Source: Pseudomonadota bacterium (lineage in GTDB: Bacteria; Bdellovibrionota; UBA1018; CAIMNF01). From it: DNA of 64,000 nt. Below are positions 54,908 through 64,000 of this stretch, piece after piece. The stretch spans positions 10,657-74,656 of the forward strand of contig JAIXWV010000016.1 of assembly GCA_027491115.1 (NCBI GenBank), read 5' to 3'. Every line of letters starts with the position of its first letter. Positions within the stretch are counted from its first letter, which is position 1. The position numbers and the translations under genes are program-made. The notes under the pieces were generated by a model that worked only from the letters and a program-made list of their open reading frames with translations, was not told the DNA's origin and made no database searches.

Positions 54908-55990
54908 ATGAGGACTCGGAACAGCTTTTCTAGACTTTCCGTGATGGTCTGCTGGTTGATGACTGCAGCTGCGTTCTCGGGCTGTAAAACGATCATTGCG
55001 AGTGACGGTGCTATGCCAACCAGCAAGACTGAATCCATTGAGGCTTCACCTGCTCCGACCGCTGCACCCATAGCAGCTCCGACTGCTGCACCCATAGCAG
55101 CTCCGACTTCTGCACCCATAGCAGCTCCGACTTCTGCACCCATAGCAGCTCCGACTTCTGCACCCATAGCTCCACCAATAGTTGTACTTGAACCAGCTCC
55201 TGAACCTGCTCCGGCAGTTGGTAACTACGACTTGGATGGATTTTGGTATGATGACCAAGGCGGGTGTGTGGTGATTGGGGACCAAGGAATGTCCGAGGGT
55301 TACTACGCTGTGAGAAAGGGTGCCGTCGTCGAGGGCGAGGTGGTTTATCACTCTGTGAGAAAGGGTGCCTTCGTCAAGGGGGCTGTGGTTTACTTGAGTG
55401 AGCTTTGGTTCGAGGACAAGGAATGTCAGAAACTGGGTTCTTCCAAGTTCGATTCCAGCCAAGCCGTCGAAGCTAAGTTAGTTGAAATCGTTCCCAATAA
55501 AAAAGACGCATTCTCGGGGTTGGTTGTTCATGCACTTTTTGTTGTGGACTCAGGTGCCGGCAAAGCAGAAATCAGTATGGCAAGGCTCTCCTCGAGTTTG
55601 AGTTCCCTCGGGATTTGGTCGAACCGTGCCGCAGAATGCATGAAGGCGGAAAAGCCTGACGAGCAGGGATTTGTATCTTACCGCGAAGGTGTGGTGACCC
55701 AAGATGAACAGGTGTTCCTGGTTCAGCTTGTTTTTTCGGATGCGGAATGCTCGGTTCTAATGCCCACGCTCCACCAAGAATCGAAGGTTCAAAGAGGAAA
55801 GGCGATTTCATTTGAGCAGTACTGGGAGAACGAGTTATTGATGGCAAAAGCCACTCTTGAGTTCGAAAAAATTGATGTGAACGACTATGGCTTGATTTCA
55901 GCTCTGCCTCCTGCAGATTCGAAAGAAGCCTGGGGTGAGGATTCGAGGAAGCGCTTCCTGGAAGAGTTGAATGGGCGACTTGCTCCTTAA
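54908..55990 (+). CDS. lipoprotein with Ala/Pro-rich tandem-repeat linker
   Basis: Signal and lipobox AAFSGCK; (APIAAPTS)n repeat encoded by a 24-bp DNA tandem repeat; globular C-terminal domain. Confidence 0.55.
   Translation: MRTRNSFSRLSVMVCWLMTAAAFSGCKTIIASDGAMPTSKTESIEASPAPTAAPIAAPTAAPIAAPTSAPIAAPTSAPIAAPTSAPIAPPIVVLEPAPEPAPAVGNYDLDGFWYDDQGGCVVIGDQGMSEGYYAVRKGAVVEGEVVYHSVRKGAFVKGAVVYLSELWFEDKECQKLGSSKFDSSQAVEAKLVEIVPNKKDAFSGLVVHALFVVDSGAGKAEISMARLSSSLSSLGIWSNRAAECMKAEKPDEQGFVSYREGVVTQDEQVFLVQLVFSDAECSVLMPTLHQESKVQRGKAISFEQYWENELLMAKATLEFEKIDVNDYGLISALPPADSKEAWGEDSRKRFLEELNGRLAP
55047..55180 (+). repeat. 24-bp tandem repeat, about 5.5 copies (GCTGCACCCATAGCAGCTCCGACT), in frame
   Basis: Copies at 55061, 55085, 55109, 55133 (perfect or 1 mismatch) plus degenerate flanking copies. 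Confidence 0.9.
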
Positions 55991-56637
55991 AACTTCGAAT
56001 TGAATCCGTAAATGTGTTTCACATCGATGTGAGCGAAGCGTTGGTGCTTCAGCTTCATCTGGGCCAACTGGAGAATCAACTTCAGGTGGCGGGAACGATC
56101 CTGGAATCGGATCTTCTTGATTTCGCCCATGATGAAAGAACGCATTTCCACGGGGTGGAAGCAGAACCCTTGGGTGAAATGCCACTTACCCTCGTGAGGG
56201 AAGATCCGACCTTCGAAAATGTCCCCTCGGGAGAATGCGTATTTGAGCTTGGGGTCGACCACCAGGTACTTCTTGCGCGAAAACAGATCCTGAACGATCA
56301 GGTTCCTGCCGAAAAAGGTAAACCGACTCAGTAGAAACAGGGAGTGGATCGAGTTGGAGAGGTCCTCGAAGATTTGCTTTTCTTCTGGGCTGAACTCGGA
56401 TTGGTGCTGGCGGACGTAGTAACGGATGGGGGGGAGGTCTACTCCCGGTAGGTCCCGGTCAAACAGGTACCAGTCCATGAACAGGTTCATGCGTTGCTCA
56501 AACTCGGCATCGTCATCGTGAACCACGCCCGCCCGCTCGAAGAACTCTTCCTTGGCCCGGAAAACTTCCGGGTAGTATTCGCCTGTTGTGAACTCCCGGA
56601 TGACGGGTTCAAGTTGGGTTTGCATGGCTTCGGTCAT
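55987..56637 (-). CDS. hypothetical cytoplasmic protein
   Basis: 216-aa uninterrupted ORF; no recognisable motifs; 4-bp overlap with the convergent gene. Confidence 0.4.
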   Translation of the reverse strand: MTEAMQTQLEPVIREFTTGEYYPEVFRAKEEFFERAGVVHDDDAEFEQRMNLFMDWYLFDRDLPGVDLPPIRYYVRQHQSEFSPEEKQIFEDLSNSIHSLFLLSRFTFFGRNLIVQDLFSRKKYLVVDPKLKYAFSRGDIFEGRIFPHEGKWHFTQGFCFHPVEMRSFIMGEIKKIRFQDRSRHLKLILQLAQMKLKHQRFAHIDVKHIYGFNSKF

Positions 56638-56834
56638 GGTGTCCCTATCTTTACTGAAACGGGGGCGCTACGCAATAGTGTGCAATGGGGTGGGGATCTG
56701 TTCAGAATCGGGGCAGGTGTATGGAGTTTTTACACAGATAGAAGATAAGAAAGGTCTGGGATCGAATTTATTGCTTTTCCGCGATGGAGCGATGTGGCAT
56801 GGTTCCTGCTCAATGGGGGAGCAGGAGATTCAAT

Positions 56835-57410
56835 ATGAAACTTTTTAAGATCCTTGGACTGATGGCGGTAGTAGGTGGCTTGTCGGCTTGCGGAACACAG
56901 CAGCCTTCCTCGATTGCATACAACCCATATTCTGGAGGCAATACCACGTACAATCCGTACAATCCGGGAGGACAAACCGGGTCCAATACCTACGCCGTTC
57001 CGGGCGGAACCAAGACCCTGACTCCCGTGATCAACGGTGGAGCCTTGGTTTATGGTAGCCAGAATTTTAGCGAGACCGCCCAAGTCCAGGCGGGTGACCA
57101 GATCGTGGTGAATGCTGCGAACAACGCAGTCTATGCCCGTAAGATCGTAGGCGGCATCCTCAATATCAATGTCCAGTCGACCCTGAAGGCACTCAACGTT
57201 TCGATCAACAATCAGTTGGTGGGATCCGGTTTGGCGGCCCAGTACAACGTGAGCCAAGCGGGAACCTTGAAGCTCTCCTTCAATTACCTGACCGAGAGCC
57301 TCTACAACGAGAGCGACATGCAGTTCCAGATCCAGATGATGGGCGGAGTGTACATCGGACGCTGTAAGGACACCGCCGGTCAGCCCATGACCTGCCCGTC
57401 CGGATACTGA
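56835..57410 (+). CDS. lipoprotein, Asn/Gly/Tyr-rich
   Basis: RBS GGAGCAGGAG; lipobox GGLSACG; NPY repeats. Confidence 0.5.
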   Translation: MKLFKILGLMAVVGGLSACGTQQPSSIAYNPYSGGNTTYNPYNPGGQTGSNTYAVPGGTKTLTPVINGGALVYGSQNFSETAQVQAGDQIVVNAANNAVYARKIVGGILNINVQSTLKALNVSINNQLVGSGLAAQYNVSQAGTLKLSFNYLTESLYNESDMQFQIQMMGGVYIGRCKDTAGQPMTCPSGY

Positions 57411-57476
57411 TCCCCGATCCACAACTTGAATCTTCCTCGGGCCCTGCCGGAATCCTTCCGGTGGGGCCTGTTTGAT

Positions 57477-58088
57477 TTAAAGCCTTGGAGCGGTCTCCCG
57501 GAATGATCCGTTCATGCGGGCGAGCTCCATCGGTGCGCGGAGAGTGGTCGGAATTGCGTCCCGGCACTCAGGCATTCGGAACTCAAGGTACTCGAGCGCA
57601 CAGGCCAGGTCCCAGCCCGCTTGGGTCATCTCACCTGAGCGGATCCAAAAATCGTTCCGAAAGCTCTCGAGATGGCGGAGGGTGCGGAGAACCGCGCTCA
57701 GGTGATCCTGTGCCCACGACGGGGAAGGGACCTCGTGCATCCGGGTCTCTTGGAAAAAAGAGACGGCGGCTTGCATGAGCCCCGTGGCCAACGTCGATGC
57801 CTGGCGGATCTCGATCCGATCTGTCGGCAGCTCGGGCCAGATGCCCCCATGCAGGTCATGCAGGGTTTCGAGGATGGCCGAAGAATCCGCAAGCGTCCGG
57901 CCGTCTGGAAGAATCAGGGTGGGCACCAGACCCAGAGGGTTGGCAGTTTCCAGATCAGGATTCGATTCGAGCACGTTGAGCGGGTGCTCGATGACAGGAA
58001 GGCCCAGGCGGCGGAGGGCCAGTCGGACGCGCCGTGCAAAGGGCGATCGGGGGCTCAGAAACAAGTGATAAGGGTTCGGATTTGCCAT
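57477..58088 (-). CDS. glutathione S-transferase family protein
   Basis: Thioredoxin-like N-terminal domain (YHLFLSPRSPFARRVRLAL...LGLVPTL...SSAILETL); 203 aa. Confidence 0.65.
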   Translation of the reverse strand: MANPNPYHLFLSPRSPFARRVRLALRRLGLPVIEHPLNVLESNPDLETANPLGLVPTLILPDGRTLADSSAILETLHDLHGGIWPELPTDRIEIRQASTLATGLMQAAVSFFQETRMHEVPSPSWAQDHLSAVLRTLRHLESFRNDFWIRSGEMTQAGWDLACALEYLEFRMPECRDAIPTTLRAPMELARMNGSFRETAPRL

Positions 58089-58114
58089 GGGCCCATGGTA
58101 GCATCGGGGGCATC

Positions 58115-59212
58115 ATGCTCAATCCCAAACGCATCCTGGTCACCAAGTTCCGCGCCATGGGGGACACGATCCTCCTCACCGCGGCATTGAAGGAATTGCA
58201 TCGTCAGTTCCCCCAGGCCCAGATCCACGCTGCAGTCCCCGAGCCTTGGGTGTGGTTGCTTGAGGGATTCCCCGGGGTCACCAAGCTCTGGCCGATCACC
58301 TGGCACAACGACCGGGCAGCCCGGACCAAGGCGGCGACTCGTCTCGCTTTCCAGCTCCGAAAAGAATCTTATGACATCGTTTGCGGCTTTCATTCCTCTC
58401 CCGCCGCTGCCATGGTTGCTCTTTCCACCGGGGCGAAGGTCCGCTCAATCCACTTCCACAGTTTCAAAGCCAAGAACATGTACTCCACGGTCGAGATCCC
58501 AGGAAAAGGGATCATGAAGCCGGTGGTCGAGCGGGATCTCGACACGGTACGTGGCCTCGGCCTCAATGTTCCCGAAGGCGTGATGCCCGAGATTTTCCTG
58601 AAGCCGGGCGAGAAGGATCTCGCACGCGAGGAATTCAAAGCCTGGGGAATAACCCGTCCGGTCCTGGGGCTCGCCCTTGGTGCTTCCCGTGCGACCAAGA
58701 TCTGGCCCTTGCATCGCTTCGCCGAAGTGGCCCAAAAATGGGTTCGTGAATCCGGTGGCACCGTTCTGGTGATCAGCGGTCCCGGTGAAGAGCGCCTGAC
58801 CGAGGAGTTCTTCCAATCCATTCCCCAAGCGGACGGACTGCGTGAGCGCATCCAAGTCATGCCCCCTTGCAATGTCCGGGTGCTCGCGGCCCGGATTTCG
58901 AACTTGAACGTTCTTCTCGGAAACGATTCCGGACCCCGGCATTTGGCGGCCGCACTCGGTGTACCGACCGTCACCCTTTTCGGGCCGGAGCATCCGATGG
59001 AGTGGCATCCTTACGCCCAAGAACGCCATCCCCGATTGTTTGTCGAGCCCCTTCCTTGCCGGAACAACCAGGAGCCTGGGTCTCCGCCCTGGTGCGGACT
59101 CCAGGAGTGTATCGCCGAAGCCCATCAATGCATGACCCGGATCGGTGCGGACGAAGTGTTCGCGCAAGTGAGGCGGGTGTTTGATTCTCATGGAAAAGAT
59201 CTCGGGATTTAG
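58115..59212 (+). CDS. GT9-family glycosyltransferase (LPS heptosyltransferase-like)
   Basis: RILVTKFRAMGDTILLTAALKEL N-terminus; ...GPGEERL...NDSGPRHLAAALGVPTVTLFGP C-terminal motif. Confidence 0.75.
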   Translation: MLNPKRILVTKFRAMGDTILLTAALKELHRQFPQAQIHAAVPEPWVWLLEGFPGVTKLWPITWHNDRAARTKAATRLAFQLRKESYDIVCGFHSSPAAAMVALSTGAKVRSIHFHSFKAKNMYSTVEIPGKGIMKPVVERDLDTVRGLGLNVPEGVMPEIFLKPGEKDLAREEFKAWGITRPVLGLALGASRATKIWPLHRFAEVAQKWVRESGGTVLVISGPGEERLTEEFFQSIPQADGLRERIQVMPPCNVRVLAARISNLNVLLGNDSGPRHLAAALGVPTVTLFGPEHPMEWHPYAQERHPRLFVEPLPCRNNQEPGSPPWCGLQECIAEAHQCMTRIGADEVFAQVRRVFDSHGKDLGI

Positions 59213-60098
59213 TCTCGTCCGGAACGGCATCCTGTTCGACTATCCGTTTTTGGAGTCGCTCCGCTCCCTTCTTCCTCTTGTGGACGAACTCGTTCTCAAT
59301 GTCGGAGAGGGCGATGATGAGACTTTGATCCGCTGCGAGCAATTCGCGGTCGAAGAGGGTCTGGGAAAAGTGAAAATCTTCACCTCGGTCTGGCCACTGA
59401 ACGATCCGGAAAAGAAAAAATCCGGACTGATCCTTTCAGAGCAGACCAATCTCGCGCTCGAGAGATGCGCTCACGATTGGTGCCTCTATCTTCAGGCGGA
59501 CGAAGTCCTGCATGAGGAAGATGTGACAGTTCTCCGTGAGGGGGTCGAGCGTGCGGCCCGGAAGGGTCTTGAAGCATTGGTGTTCCAGTACCGTCATTTT
59601 TACGGTTCGTTCAATGTGATCCAAGAGACCCGCTCCGCCTACCGGCGCGAGATGCGTCTGATTCGAAAATCCTCGGGAGCGCGCAGCGTGGGCGACGCCC
59701 AGAGTTTCCGAAAGCCCGACGGATCCAAGCTCCGGGCGCTCCTGACCCCGGCACGGATCTTTCATTACGGTTGGGTCCGGACTCCCGAAGCCATGAAGGA
59801 AAAAACCCTGTTCATGGACCGACTGTATCATGGGGATCAAGCGCCTGGTTCCGATACGCCTCATTCCGGGAACAACTACCTCTACAAGCGGTTTTGGGGG
59901 CTGCGTGAATACCAGGGAACCCATCCCGGGGTCATGGCCCGCCGGATCGCCGAAAAAGGGTGGAATTGGGATCTTCGCGCCTCGCCCTTTGTTTTCTCAG
60001 CAAGGGATACGAAAAAAATCCTACTCGATCTTTGGGAGCGGCTCACCGGACACCGTCCCTTCGAGTTCAAAAATTATTCCATCGAGGGGAGGATGTGA
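59181..60098 (+). CDS. hypothetical protein, possible glycosyltransferase (GT cluster member)
   Basis: 305 aa; acidic YLQADEVL (DXD-like); located between GT9 and GATase genes; no confident family. Confidence 0.35.
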   Translation: MILMEKISGFSLVRNGILFDYPFLESLRSLLPLVDELVLNVGEGDDETLIRCEQFAVEEGLGKVKIFTSVWPLNDPEKKKSGLILSEQTNLALERCAHDWCLYLQADEVLHEEDVTVLREGVERAARKGLEALVFQYRHFYGSFNVIQETRSAYRREMRLIRKSSGARSVGDAQSFRKPDGSKLRALLTPARIFHYGWVRTPEAMKEKTLFMDRLYHGDQAPGSDTPHSGNNYLYKRFWGLREYQGTHPGVMARRIAEKGWNWDLRASPFVFSARDTKKILLDLWERLTGHRPFEFKNYSIEGRM

Positions 60099-60100
60099 GC

Positions 60101-60823
60101 ATGAAGCCGATGCGGATTCTGATTTTGGACAACACCCGTGAAGAACGCTATTTCGGAAGCGCTAGCCTTCAGTCTTGGGTGATCAGAATGGCGCCTGTCG
60201 GATCCGAAGTGAGGGTGATGAGACCTCCTCACGGGGATCTTCCCGAAGGTGGAAAATTCGATGCGATCTGTATTTCAGGATCCGTCACCTCTTGCATGAC
60301 CGAGAATGAACCCTGGATCCGGGCGTACGATGATTATGTTTCGGAACAGATCCGTGCCAGGACCCCCATTCTCGGAATCTGTTACGGCCACCAAACCTTG
60401 GCCCGGTGCTTGTTCAAGATGGCCGGAAAAACGCCGGCACTCGGACGGTCAAAGGATGCGGAGCTCGGTTGGCAGACCATTACCGCGCTCAAGCGGGACT
60501 CCATCTTCGAGGGTTTGGGAAAGACCTTCGTGTCCTATCAGTCCCATTACGAGGAGGTTTCGGAAACGCCTCCCGGCACTCACCGGATCGCCGAGACCGA
60601 TCGGTGCGCCGTCCAGGCGTTCGAGGTCGACGGGGCGCCGATCTTCGGCATCCAATTCCATCCTGAGCACTCGATCGAGTATGCCGAGGAGTCCCTTGCC
60701 AACAAACTCAAAAAAGGCGAGCGTCGGGATTGGATCCTGAATCCGGGGATGGGAAAAAAGCTTTACGACGAAAACGTGGGAATCAGAATCTTTGGAAACT
60801 TCTTCAGAATCGCAAGCACTTGA
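60101..60823 (+). CDS. class I glutamine amidotransferase-like protein (GMP-synthase-type GATase1)
   Basis: RBS GAGGGGAGGA; catalytic GICYGHQ (Cys) and GIQFHPEHS (His/Glu). Confidence 0.7.
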   Translation: MKPMRILILDNTREERYFGSASLQSWVIRMAPVGSEVRVMRPPHGDLPEGGKFDAICISGSVTSCMTENEPWIRAYDDYVSEQIRARTPILGICYGHQTLARCLFKMAGKTPALGRSKDAELGWQTITALKRDSIFEGLGKTFVSYQSHYEEVSETPPGTHRIAETDRCAVQAFEVDGAPIFGIQFHPEHSIEYAEESLANKLKKGERRDWILNPGMGKKLYDENVGIRIFGNFFRIAST

Positions 60824-61793
60824 ATCCATCTCTTGGAAAAGCCGTTTCACCTTGGTGCTCAAATTCGCACTGGTCGGTGGTGTGTTCTACTATTTGTACC
60901 GTAAGGGGCTCATTACCGCCGAAAGCTTCCGGAAAATGGCAGCTTCGCCCAAGACCCTTTTCCTTTGTCTGGCCTTCATGACGCTCAACACCCTTTCGGG
61001 GGCGCTCCGTTGGCAAGTGCTGCTCCGGACCCACGGGGCCGATCTCGGTTTCTTGCACACCTTGAAGCTCAGTCTGGTTGGGAGTTTTTTCAACATTGCC
61101 CTGCCCGGCGCGGTCAGTGGGGACCTGGTGAAGGGGGTCCATCTCATGAAGCGTTTCCCCGAGAAACGAGCGCCGATTTTCGGAACCATCGTATTGGACA
61201 GAATGCTGGGCGTCTCGGCGATGGTGTTCATTGGAGCCTTCTCGGCCGTGCTGTCCATGGTGGTGCCCTGGGGAGGGGCTTTGCCCCAAATCCTGCTCTG
61301 GTCCATTGGTGGAGCGGGTTTAGCCGCTTTGGCATTCTTTGTTTACCTTTTTGCCTCTGGAAAGAAGGACCCTGTCGGGAAGATTCTTCGAACTCTCGTG
61401 ATGAAGATTCCGAAGATCGGTCCGGTGGAGAGGCTCTATTCGAGCATCATGGCTTACCGGGCCTATCCCCGCCGGGTCATCAAGGCTGTCGCGTTGTCCA
61501 TGGCCATCCACCTGTTACTGATCCTCATGGCTTATTTCATCACCGAGGCCATCTCGGTCGAGGCATTGCCCGTGTTTCCTGTCGCGGTGATCGTACCGAT
61601 CGGGATGCTGGCGACGACCATTCCGGTGCTTCCTGCCGGAGTTGGAACGGGGCATGCTGCATTTTACGCACTCTTCATGATGGTCGGATCCCCTTTGGGT
61701 GCCGAGGTCTTCAGCATGATTGTCCTGTATCAGGTCTTGGTCGGGATCGTGGGTGGAGTGACCTATCTGAAGGTCTTATCCGAACGGAACTGA
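60792..61793 (+). CDS. UPF0104 / lysylphosphatidylglycerol-synthase-TM-like flippase-like membrane protein
   Basis: N-terminal LVLKFALVGGVFYYLYRKG; 8 TM segments; pattern of pfam03706. Confidence 0.6.
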   Translation: METSSESQALESISWKSRFTLVLKFALVGGVFYYLYRKGLITAESFRKMAASPKTLFLCLAFMTLNTLSGALRWQVLLRTHGADLGFLHTLKLSLVGSFFNIALPGAVSGDLVKGVHLMKRFPEKRAPIFGTIVLDRMLGVSAMVFIGAFSAVLSMVVPWGGALPQILLWSIGGAGLAALAFFVYLFASGKKDPVGKILRTLVMKIPKIGPVERLYSSIMAYRAYPRRVIKAVALSMAIHLLLILMAYFITEAISVEALPVFPVAVIVPIGMLATTIPVLPAGVGTGHAAFYALFMMVGSPLGAEVFSMIVLYQVLVGIVGGVTYLKVLSERN

Positions 61794-61821
61794 AGGCACG
61801 CTCCCTGCACCTCTCTCGGAT

Positions 61822-62928
61822 GTGCATCTCCTGAAGCCCTTTCAGAAATTGGCGCTCGAATCGCTCGAATCCAGGCCTCACACCCTGTTGATCGCGCCGA
61901 CAGGTAGCGGAAAAAGCCTGGTTTTTCAGCGATACATTGAGATGCACCAGAATCAGATCCGGGCCTTGGTGGTGGCGCCTCTGACTGCTTTGATCCGTCA
62001 GCACGAGGCCGCTTTCGTCAAGCTCGGCATTCCTTTGAATCCGGAATCCGGTCCCGGGGTCCGGGTGATGAGTCCCGAACGCCTTTTTGGGTCGGCCTAT
62101 AGGAAGCTCGAGGAATGGCGCCCCGATTTTTTGGTGGTGGATGAGGCCCATTGCATGGATGAGTGGGGAGATCGATTCCGACCTTGTTTCAGCGAGCTCC
62201 CGTTTGCACCCCGACGATTGTCCATTCCCAAGACGCTTTGGTTGACCGCCACTCTTCCCGCTTCCTCCAGGGAGAGTTTGTTCCGTGCCCTCGAGGGTGG
62301 ATGCATCGAATTGGGTCGATTCGGTCTTCCTCCCTCTCTCGACTTGTTTGTCGAGCGGGTGGAGCCCTCACTCCGGTTCGAGCGACTATTGGAGATTTCA
62401 GAGGTTTTTCGCGGAAAAAGCGGGATGATCTTTGTGAACACCCGTGAAGCGTCGGAAAGGGTCGGGGCCTGGCTCAGGGCTGCAGGGATCCGTTCGAGGC
62501 CGTATCACGCCGGGATGACTCGTGAGGAGCGCCTGGCTCTCGAGGCCGAGTTTCGGGACTGTGGGAGTGGCCTTCCTGTCTGGATCGTAGCCACCTCGGC
62601 CTTCGGGATGGGAATGGACTATGGTTTTCTCGAGGTTTGTATTCTGTTCGAGCCGCCCTTCAGCCTCCTGGCACTCGCTCAAGCTGTCGGAAGAGTGGGG
62701 AGGAGCGGGCGCTCTGCATCGGCCCATGTCTGGTGGCACCCGGATGACTTTTCCCGTCACCGCTGGCTCACAGCAGGATGTGAGCGTGCGGACCGGAGAA
62801 TGCAAGAGGTTCGTGCCTGGTGCTCCGCTCCCGACCCGGTGAGTGCACTTGAAAAATACTTTAACGATGCCGTCGTTTCAGGCAAGCTCAGGTCAGAAAC
62901 GGAAACGCAACATGGGTATCCCGAGTGA
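61822..62928 (+). CDS. RecQ-family (short) ATP-dependent DNA helicase
   Basis: Walker A APTGSGKS; DEAH box VVDEAHCMDEWG.RFRP; helicase C-terminal motifs (TSAFGMGMD, Q..GR.GR); 368 aa. Confidence 0.7.
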   Translation: MHLLKPFQKLALESLESRPHTLLIAPTGSGKSLVFQRYIEMHQNQIRALVVAPLTALIRQHEAAFVKLGIPLNPESGPGVRVMSPERLFGSAYRKLEEWRPDFLVVDEAHCMDEWGDRFRPCFSELPFAPRRLSIPKTLWLTATLPASSRESLFRALEGGCIELGRFGLPPSLDLFVERVEPSLRFERLLEISEVFRGKSGMIFVNTREASERVGAWLRAAGIRSRPYHAGMTREERLALEAEFRDCGSGLPVWIVATSAFGMGMDYGFLEVCILFEPPFSLLALAQAVGRVGRSGRSASAHVWWHPDDFSRHRWLTAGCERADRRMQEVRAWCSAPDPVSALEKYFNDAVVSGKLRSETETQHGYPE

Positions 62929-63871
62929 TCCGAAACTTCTGGTGGAGAGCGCCCGCGCGGGGAATCGTGCGGCCCTGGCGCGCCTGATCTCGCGGATCGA
63001 ACACCGCAATCAGGACACGCGCACCCTGATCAGTCTGCTGTATCCGCACACCGGGAAAGCCCAGGTCTGGGGCATCACCGGTCCTCCGGGTGCCGGCAAG
63101 TCGACCTTGGTGGATCGCCTTGTTTCTAGGTTGCGAGGGGAGGGCAAAACGGTCGCCGTTGTGGCGGTGGATCCATCCAGCCCCTTCTCAGGTGGTGCGA
63201 TCCTCGGTGACCGGATCCGTATGCAAAAACACACCGCAGATCCGGGGGTGTACATCCGGAGCCTTGGAACCCGAGGACGTCACGGGGGATTGTCTCACTC
63301 CACCAAAGAAACGGTTTTGGCCCTGGATGCGGCCGGATTCGACGTGGTTTTGGTCGAGACCGCCGGTGTCGGCCAGACCGAGCTCGACATCTTGAGGCTC
63401 GCCCAAACCGTAATTGTCGTACTGGTTCCTGAGAGCGGGGACTCCATCCAGGTGATGAAGGCCGGATTGATGGAAATTTCGGATGTGTTCGCTGTGAACA
63501 AGGCAGACCGGCCCGAGGCGGACAAGTTGGTGCGTGAACTGGTGGCCAACGTGGGGCTCAATCCGCACGATGAAAACTCCTGGATCATCCCTGTGATGAA
63601 AACGGAGGCTGCTCGCGACGTGGGCACGGTCGAGCTGCTGGGCGAAATCGCCCGTCATCAGGAGTATCTCGAAAAATCCGGAAAAAAGGCCGAAAAAGCG
63701 AAAGTTTTCCTGAAAGAAGAATTGGTCGACATCCTGATTGAGGGCCTGAGAAATTCGCTCGATTCCGTGCTCGGCACGGACGGAGGCAGGGATCTCCTTG
63801 AGCGTCTCTACCGAAAGGAGATCGCCCCTTACGAGGCGGCGAAGGTACTCTCAGGGCAGGCGGGTGAGTAG
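62912..63871 (+). CDS. meaB: methylmalonyl-CoA mutase-associated GTPase MeaB (ArgK)
   Basis: P-loop GITGPPGAGKST; VDPSSPFSGGAILGDRIRM; ETAGVGQ; NKAD. Confidence 0.8.
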   Translation: MGIPSDPKLLVESARAGNRAALARLISRIEHRNQDTRTLISLLYPHTGKAQVWGITGPPGAGKSTLVDRLVSRLRGEGKTVAVVAVDPSSPFSGGAILGDRIRMQKHTADPGVYIRSLGTRGRHGGLSHSTKETVLALDAAGFDVVLVETAGVGQTELDILRLAQTVIVVLVPESGDSIQVMKAGLMEISDVFAVNKADRPEADKLVRELVANVGLNPHDENSWIIPVMKTEAARDVGTVELLGEIARHQEYLEKSGKKAEKAKVFLKEELVDILIEGLRNSLDSVLGTDGGRDLLERLYRKEIAPYEAAKVLSGQAGE

Positions 63872-64000
63872 GTCCCGGAGCTTGCGGAGTGGAATCCGTT
63901 TTTCGGAATCCAGAAGGGGGAGGAGTGCTTCCGGAATTCCGATGGTTTTTTCGAAGAAGTGTTCTGCAACCGACTGAAGCTCGGTGAGTCGGTTGATTTC

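Noticed and set aside
1-64000. CRISPR arrays, transposases or IS elements
   Set aside because: No short regularly spaced repeats were seen, and no ORF has DDE, HUH or integrase motifs. The only tandem repeat is the in-frame 24-bp coding repeat at 55047.

Overview
This 64-kb window looks like core chromosome from a fairly high-GC, Bdellovibrio-like predatory bacterium (phylum Bdellovibrionota). The assignment is tentative: it rests on an HBb-type histone-fold protein, a SUI1 homolog, tandem flagellins and an unusually large set of signal-peptide-bearing hydrolases. Gene density is high, with many 1–11 bp overlaps between adjacent genes.

Housekeeping genes I recognise:
- smc, lepA, asnS, pepA, the pyrB-pyrC-carA operon, lptF/G, rlmD, trmL, bamE, lolA-like, meaB, a RecQ-like helicase and tRNA-Arg(ACG).

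Envelope and glycolipid genes:
- Two ArnT-like GT39/GT83 transferases, one of them paired with a GT2 polyprenol-phosphate glycosyltransferase (a candidate lipid-A mannosylation pair).
- A GT9 heptosyltransferase cluster that includes a GATase and a UPF0104 flippase-like protein.
- A WbaP-like sugar phosphotransferase.

Secreted hydrolases:
- Clostripain-like C11, papain-like C1 and S8 subtilisin peptidases, a 5'-nucleotidase, alpha/beta hydrolases, a secreted ankyrin-repeat protein and several large secreted proteins.

Unusual items:
- A 66-aa histone-fold (DUF1931/HBb-like) protein.
- A 103-bp, 94 %-identical direct repeat of the 3' end of a DoxX gene that brackets a 2.6-kb segment (Cys-rich secreted peptide, alpha/beta hydrolase, HDAC-like enzyme).
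- An orphan C-terminal fragment of a fatty-acid-hydroxylase gene.
- Nested inverted repeats next to tRNA-Arg.
- A 565-bp gap upstream of smc holding a strong intrinsic terminator and a possible sRNA or 27-aa ORF.
- A 24-bp tandem repeat inside a lipoprotein gene.
- An AT-rich convergent intergenic region with DnaA-box-like motifs.

I found no CRISPR array, integrase or transposase.
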